Shown: positions 57,259 through 64,000 of the stretch, piece after piece
How positions within the stretch are numbered: the first letter of the stretch is position 1
How the letters are laid out: each line of letters begins with the position of its first letter
Assembly: GCA_002269645.1 (NCBI GenBank)
Contig: NIVC01000912.1
Coordinates: 1-64,000, forward strand
Length of the DNA: 64,000 nucleotides
Origin: Macrostomum lignano
Lineage: Eukaryota
Direction of reading: 5' to 3'
Notes under the pieces: model-generated
The model's database searches: none
Seen by the model: the letters and a program-made list of their open reading frames with translations, nothing else
Told to the model about the DNA's origin: nothing
Program-made: the position numbers and the translations under genes

Positions 57259-60200
57259 ATGCAAATCCCGCAGACGCAGAGCATTGTAGTCCAGGTTGGC
57301 CAGTGCGGCAACCAGATCGGGTCCCGGTTCTGGGATCTGGCACTGCGGGAGCACGCGTCCGTCAGCCGGCGGGGCGACTTTGACGATTCTCTGGGGACGT
57401 TTTTTCGTCAGCAGCCCGGCGAGGGTCAGGTGAGGGAGGGAAGCTGTGGGGGATTTTGGGGAGAAATTTAAGCTTAGCTTATCTGGATTTAGGTAAGAAA
57501 CGGTCAGGATAGCAGGCCAGCAACCGTCAGGTAGAATAAAATTTTCAAACGGGGGATAAAAATAGTCAGGGGATTGTCATGAGTCAGAAATGGTCAGGGA
57601 GAATCGCCATGAGTCAGGAATGGTCAGGGAGAATCGCAATGAGTCAGGAATGGTCAGGGAGAATCGCAATGAGTCAGGAATGGTCAGGGAGAATCGCAAT
57701 GAGTCAGGAATGGTCAGGGAGAATCGCAATGAGTCAGGAATAGTCAGGGAGAATCGCCATGAGTCAGGAATGGTCAGGGAGAATCGCCATGAGTCAGAAA
57801 CGGTTAGGGAGAATCGCAATGAGTCAGGAATGGTCTGGGAGAATCGCAATGAGTCAGGAATGGTCAGGGAGAATCGCAATGAGTCAGGAATGGTCAGGGA
57901 AAATCGCAGAGTCAGGAATGGTCAGTGAGAATCGCAATGAGTCAGGAATGGTCAGGGAGAATCGCAATGAGTCAGGAATGGTCAGGGAGAATCGCAATGA
58001 GTCAGGAATGGTCAGGGAGAATCGCCATGAGTCAGGAATGGTCAGTGAGAATCGCCATGAGTCAGGAATGGTCAGGGAGAATCGCAATGAGTCAGGAATG
58101 GTCAGTGAGAATCGCAATGAGTCAGGAATAGTCAGGGAGAATCGCCATGAGTCAGGAATGGTCAGGGAGAATCGCCATGAGTCAGGAACGGTTAGGGAGA
58201 ATCGCAATGAGTCAGGAATGGTCAGGGAGAATCGCAATGAGTCAGGAATGGTCAGTGAGAATCGCAATGAGTCAGGAATGGTCAGGGAGAATCGCCATGA
58301 GTCAGGAATGGTCAGTGAGAATCGCCATGAGTCAGGAATGGTCAGGGAGAATCGCCATGAGTCAGGAATGGTCAGTGAGAATCGCAATGAGTCAGAAATG
58401 GTCAGGGAGAATCGCAATGAGTCAGGAATGGTCAGGGAGAATCGCCATGAGTCAGGAATGGTCAGGGAGAATCGCAATGAGTCAGGAATAGTCAGGGAGA
58501 ATCGCCATGAGTCAGGAATGGTCAGGGAGAATCGCCATGAGTCAGGAATGGTCAGGGAGAATCGCAATGAGTCAGGAATAGTCAGGGAGAATCGCCATGA
58601 GTCAGGAATGGTCAGGGAGAATCGCCATGAGTCAGGAACGGTTAGGGAGAATCGCAATGAGTCAGGAATGGTCTGGGAGAATCGCCATGAGTCAGGAATG
58701 GTCTGGGAGAATCGCCATGAGTCAGGAATGGTCTGGGAGAATCGCCATGAGTCAGGAATGGTCAGTGAGAATCGCAATGAGTCAGGAATGGTCAGGGAGA
58801 ATCGCCATGAGTCAGGAATGGTCTGGGAGAATCGCCATGAGTCAGGAATGGTCAGGGAGAATCGCCATGAGTCAGGAATGGTCAGTGAGAATCGCAATGA
58901 GTCAGAAATGGTCAGTGAGAATCGCCATGAGTCAGGAATGGTCAGGGAGAATCGCCATGAGTCAGGAATGGTCAGTGAGAATCGCAATGAGTCAGAAATG
59001 GTTAGGGAGAATCGCCATGAATCAGGAATGGTCAGGGAGAATCGCAATGAGTCAGGAATGGTCAGTGAGAATCGCCATGAGTCAGGAATGGTCAGGGAGA
59101 ATCGCAATGAGTCAGGAATGGTCAGGGAGAATCGCAATGAGTCAGGAATGGTCTGGGAGAATCGCCATGAGTCAGGAATGGTCAGTGAGAATCGCCATGA
59201 ATCAGGAATGGTCAGGGAGAATCGCAATGAGTCAGGAATAGTCAGGGAGAATCGCCATGAGTCAGGAACGGTCAGGGAGAAGTTTCGCAGGTGCGAGTGA
59301 ATTATCATGGTTAGTTGCGATCAGGATGAGGATTCCGAGCCACAATTCCTTGTCCGCAGGCTCTGAAAGCTCGCGCAGTGCTGGTGGACATGGAGGAGGG
59401 CGTGGTCGGCGAACTGTTGAAAGGCCGACTACGCGGTGTGTTCGATCATTCCGCGCTGATCACGGACGTGTCGGGGTCCGGCAACAACTGGGCTGTCGGG
59501 CACTGCGAATACGGCCTCAGGCACCGGGAGGCCCTGTCTGAGTCCATTCGGAGATGCGCCGAGCAGTGCGACTGCCTGCAGTGCTTCTTCCTGCTGCACT
59601 CCATGGGCGGCGGCACCGGCTCCGGCCTGGGCACGGCCATCCTCCAGCTGCTGCGGGACCAGTATCCCGAAGTGTACAGGTGGGGGTGCAGTGAGCTAGG
59701 CATTGATCTGGGCCTGGTGCACAAAAACAACACCTCAAACGCAACCCCTGTACAACCTCTCCGCTAACTCAGGTTCGTCACCGCTGTCTACCCGTCTGAA
59801 GATGATGACGTCATCACTAGTCCATACAACAGCGTGCTGGCAATGCGCTGCCTGACAGACTACGCCGATTGCGTTATGCCCATAGACAATGCCTGTCTGG
59901 CTGGCATCGCGCAGCGGGTGCAGGACTCGGGCCGCACCGCTGCCGGGTCTTCTGCTGCTGCCGGGGCTGCGGCGGTCAGTGCTGCATCGGGGCATTTGAG
60001 CTGATTTGAGTGATGGATGGGGAAGAATGAAGGCTGATCTTCATGGCTAAGGACTGGGAGGAGCCATGAAGATAACTGAGATGGTATCGGGAGAGAGCGG
60101 ATAACTGAGGATTGGGAGCTGGGAGAGAGCGGATAACTGAGATGGTATTCGGAGGGAGCGGATAACTGAGATGGTATCGGGAGGGAGCGGATAACTGAGA

Positions 60201-63155
60201 TGGTATTGGGGAGAGCGGATAACTGAGATTGTATTGGGAGAGAGCGGATAACTGAGTTGGTATGGGAGAGAGCGGATAACTGAGGATTGGGAGCTGAGAG
60301 AGAGCGGATAACTGAGATTGTATTGGGAGGCAGCGGATAACTGAGTTGGTATGGGAGAGAGCGGATAACTGAGATGGTATGGGAGAGAGCGGATAACTGA
60401 GATGGTATGGGAGAGAGCGGATAACTGAGATTGTATTGGGAGAGAGCGGATAACTGAGATTGTATTGGGAGAGAGTGGATAACTGAGGATTGGGAGCTGG
60501 GAGAGAGCGGATAACTGAGGATTGGGAGCTGGGAGAGAGCGGATAACTGAGGATTGGGAGCTGAGGGAGAGCGGATAACTGAGGATTGGGAGCTGGGAGA
60601 GAGCGGATAACTGAGGATTGGGAGCTGGGAGAGAGCGGATAACTGAGGATTGGGAGCTGGGAGAGAGCGGATAACTGAGGATTGGGAGCTGGGAGAGAGC
60701 GGATAACTGAGGATTGGGAGCTGGAGAGAGCGGATAACTGAGGATTGGGAGCTGGGAGAGAGCGGATAACTGAGGATTGGGAGCTGGGAGAGAGCGGATA
60801 ACTGAGGATTGGGAGCTGGGAGAGAGCGGATAACTGAGGATTGGGAGCTGGGAGAGAGCGGATAACTGAGGATTGGGAGCTGGGAGAGAGCGGATAACTG
60901 AGGATTGGGAGCTGGGAGAGAGCGGATAACTGAGGATTGGGAGCTGGGAGAGAGCGGATAACTGAGGATTGGGAGCTGGGAGAGAGCGGATAACTGAGGA
61001 TTGGGAGCTGGGAGAGAGCGGAAGGATGCGTCAAGAAGCACACTAGAAAGCGCTCACTTCAACCCCAACTCCAACCCTAAGCAGAAGGACGCCAAGCCAT
61101 TCGACGCGATGAACAGCATAGTGGCCAACCTGCTGCTGAACCTCACGGCTTCCGCCCGCTTCTCCGGCACGCTGAACGTGGATCTGAACGAGATCAGCAT
61201 GAACCTGGTGCCGTTCCCCCGCCTGCACTACCTGCTGGCCGCGCAGAGTCCGCTGTCCCCGGCCCTGCCGCCCAGGCGGCCGGATCAGGCATTCAACGAG
61301 TCGTTCGGCAAGGAGGCTCAGTTGTTCTCGGCCGAGCCGCGATCGCATCTCTACCTGGCCTGCGCCCTCCTGCTGCGGGGTCGAATCGATCTAAGCGACG
61401 TCCGGCGCTGCGTCGATCGGCTGGGAAATCGGCTGGCATTCGCGGACTGGAATCCGGACTGCTGGAAGATCGGGCACTGCGCCGTGCCCCCGGCTGGGCA
61501 GCAGTTCGCGCTGCTCAGTCTGGCCAACAACACTGCCATTGGGGCCAGCCTGCACCTGCTCGGGGACAGGTTCAGCCGGCTCTATAAGCGGAGGGCGCAT
61601 CTGCATCACTATACCCAGGCAGGTTTGCAGCTAATCTGTTTGAGTCCGCTAGGAATCTGTTTGAGTCAGCTGGGAATCTGTTTGAGTCAGCTGGGAATCT
61701 GTTTGAGTCAGCTGGGAATCTGCTTGAGTCAGCTAGGAATCTGTTTGAGTCCGCTAGGAATCTGTTTGAGTCCGCTAGGAATCTGTTTGAGTCCGCTATT
61801 AATCTGTTTGAGTCCGCTAGGAATCTGTTTGAGTCAGCTGGGGATCTGCTTGAGTTAGTTGGGAATCTGTTTGAGTCAGCTGGGAATCTGTTTGAGTCAG
61901 CTGGGAATCTGTTTGAGTCAGCTGGGAATCTGTTTGAGTCAGCTGGGAATCTGTTTGAGTCAGCTGGGAATCTGTTTGAGTCAGCTGGGAATCTGTTTGA
62001 GTCAGCTGGGAATCTGCTTGAGTCAGCTAGGAATCTGTTTGAGTCCGCTAGGAATCTGTTTGAGTCCGCTAGGAATCTGTTTGAGTCCGCTATTAATCTG
62101 TTTGAGTCCGCTAGGAATCTGTTTGAGTCAGCTGGGGATCTGCTTGAGTTAGTTGGGAATCTGTTTGAGTCAGCTGGGAATCTGTTTGAGTCAGCTGGGA
62201 ATCTGTTTGAGTCAGCTGGGGATCTGCTTGAGTTAGTTGGGAATCTGTTTGAGTCAGCTGGGAATCTGTTTGAGTCAGCTGGGAATCTGTTTGAGTCAGC
62301 TGGGAATCTGCTTGAGTCAGCTAGGAATCTGCTTGAGTCAGTTGGGAATCTGTTTGAGTCAGCTGGGAATCTGTTTGAGTCAGCTGGGAATCTGTTTGAG
62401 TCAGCTGGGAATCTGTTTGAGTCAGTTGGGAATCTGTTTGAGTCAGCTGGGAATCTGTTTGAGTCAGCTGGGAATCTGTTTGAGTCCGCTAGGAATCTGT
62501 TTGAGTCAGCTGGGAATCTGTTTGAGTCAGCTGGGAATCTGCTTGAGTCAGCTGGGAATCTGCTTGAGTCAGCTGGGAATCTGCTTGAGTCAGCTGGGAA
62601 TCTGTTTGAGTCAGCTGGGAATCTGCTTGAGTTAGTTGGGAATCTGTTTGAGTCAGCTGGTAATCTGTTTGAGTCAGCTGGGAATCTGCTTGAGTCAGCT
62701 GGGAATCTGCTTGAGTCAGCTGGGAATCTGCTTGAGTCCGCTGGGAATCTGCTTGAGCCAGCCAGTTTGGTTCTGCATCATTTGAGCTTTATGGATCCTT
62801 CTTAGCCACCTGAGACGATTCTGAGTCATTTCAGTAGTCTGGGATCGTTCCGGGTTACGAGTATTTCAGTAATTGAGGATCATACAGAACTGAGTCATGT
62901 GAAATAATTATTGAGTCATGAGTAGTCAATCGGAAATATTGGTAACAATTTCGGCCTTACATAATTCTAAAATATATCTTTTCTCCGTTATTCGCTTCCT
63001 CGCCCGCGCAGGTTGACGGCTTTGAGGCCGCCACCTTCGATTCCGCATTCGCTTCGCTCAACGATCTGCGCGAGGACTACGCAGCTCTAGAGAGGCGCCA
63101 CGCGGCCGGGGCCTCGGCTGAGCCGCCTTTGCCTCGGCTGAAGATCGCCTCCTGA
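57259..63155 (+). CDS. TUBE1: Epsilon-tubulin, about 456 aa
   Basis: Exons 57259 (or 57274 if the ATG is on an upstream exon)-57429, 59360-59679, 59773-59974, 61085-61618 and 63012-63155. Motifs: TQSIVVQVGQCGNQIG..FWDLALREHA, LKARAVLVDMEEGVV, SGSGNNWAVGH, HSMGGGTGSGLG, KPFDAMNSIVANLLLNLT, AHLHHY, PRLKIAS*. Confidence 0.95.
57578..59278. repeat. 30-bp minisatellite (ATGAGTCAGGAATGGTCAGGGAGAATCGCA), TUBE1 intron 1
   Basis: About 56 units. Confidence 0.95.
60065..61022. repeat. 30-32-bp minisatellite (GGGAGAGAGCGGATAACTGAGGATTGGGAGCT), TUBE1 intron 3
   Basis: About 30 units. Confidence 0.95.
61632..62760. repeat. 21-bp minisatellite (GCTGGGAATCTGTTTGAGTCA), TUBE1 intron 4
   Basis: About 53 units starting just after the donor. 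Confidence 0.95.
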
Positions 63156-63274
63156 GTCACAGGAGTCGCCTGAGTCACCCGAGACTCGAGGAGTCACCTG
63201 AACCTATTGAGCCTTCTAAACTTTGAAAAATCTAGCTTTCTGAAATATGAACACGCTTGAATTTGAACCATATG

Positions 63275-64000
63275 AACCCACTGATTCCTGAGCCCACTGA
63301 TCCCTGAACCCACTGATCCCTGAACCCACTGATCCCTGAGCCCACTGATCCCTGAGCCCACTGATCCTTGAACCCACTGATTCCTGAGCCCACTGATTCC
63401 TGAGCCCACTGATCCCTGAACCCACTGATCCCTGAACCCACTGATCCCTGAACCCACTGATCCCTGAGCCCACTGATCCCTGAGCCCACTGATCCTTGAG
63501 CCCACTGATCCCTGAGCCCACTGATCCCTTAACCCACTGATCCCTGAACTCACTGATCCCTGAGCCCACTGATCCCTGAACCCGCTGAACCCTGAACCCA
63601 CTGATCCCTTAACCCACTGATCCCTGAACTCACTGATCCCTGAGCCCACTGATCCCTGAACCCGCTGAACCCTGAACCCACTGATCCCTTAACCCACTGA
63701 TCCCTGAACTCACTGATCCCTGAACTCACTGATCCCTGAACTCACTGATCCCTGAACCTACTGATCCCTTAACCCGCTGAACCCTGAACCCACTGAACCC
63801 ATGAACCCACTGATCCCTGAACTCACTGATCCCTGAACTCACTGATCTCTTAACCCACTGATCCCTTAACCCACTGATCCCTTAACACACTGATCCCTGA
63901 ACTCACTGATCTCTTAACCCACTGATCCCTGAACCTACTGATCCCTTAACCCGCTGAACCCTGAACCCACTGAACCCATGAACTCACTGATCCCTGAACT
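63275..64000. repeat. 16-bp minisatellite (GAACCCACTGATCCCT)
   Basis: About 45 units, running off the right edge. Confidence 0.95.

Noticed and set aside
57577-59308. 474-513-aa periodic ORFs on both strands
   Set aside because: This is a 30-bp repeat inside TUBE1 intron 1, open only because the unit length is a multiple of 3.
59860-62760. Long periodic ORFs (SQLPILSYPL..., GICLSQL...)
   Set aside because: They are intronic minisatellites between well-defined tubulin exons.

Overview
This is eukaryotic animal genomic DNA with GC-rich exons and spliceosomal introns, nearly all filled by their own micro- or minisatellite. It is not prokaryotic and has no CRISPR array. Most long ORFs in the supplied track are repeat read-through. 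The sequence style and a two-domain small HSP suggest a free-living flatworm such as Macrostomum (inference). Genes reconstructed by hand from splice signals and recalled homology, in order: ANKRD26-like ankyrin protein (-, continues off the left edge); PAF-acetylhydrolase-like gene (+) with no catalytic-His exon found; intronless double alpha-crystallin-domain sHSP with perfect heat-shock elements (+); SLC9A/NHE Na+/H+ exchanger (+); anticodon-less tRNA-Ala-like element; poly-His/Gln two-TM orphan with an RFX X-box (+); EF-hand protein (-); shortened alpha-catulin-like gene (-); probable solo LTR; a gene joining a Disco/basonuclin-type zinc-finger pair to a BRD7/BRD9 body with a degenerate bromodomain (+); neuferricin/CYB5D2 (+); epsilon-tubulin (+, one GC-AG intron). 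The strongest novelty candidate is the zinc-finger/BRD7-9 chimera. All homology calls come from recalled motifs, not database searches.
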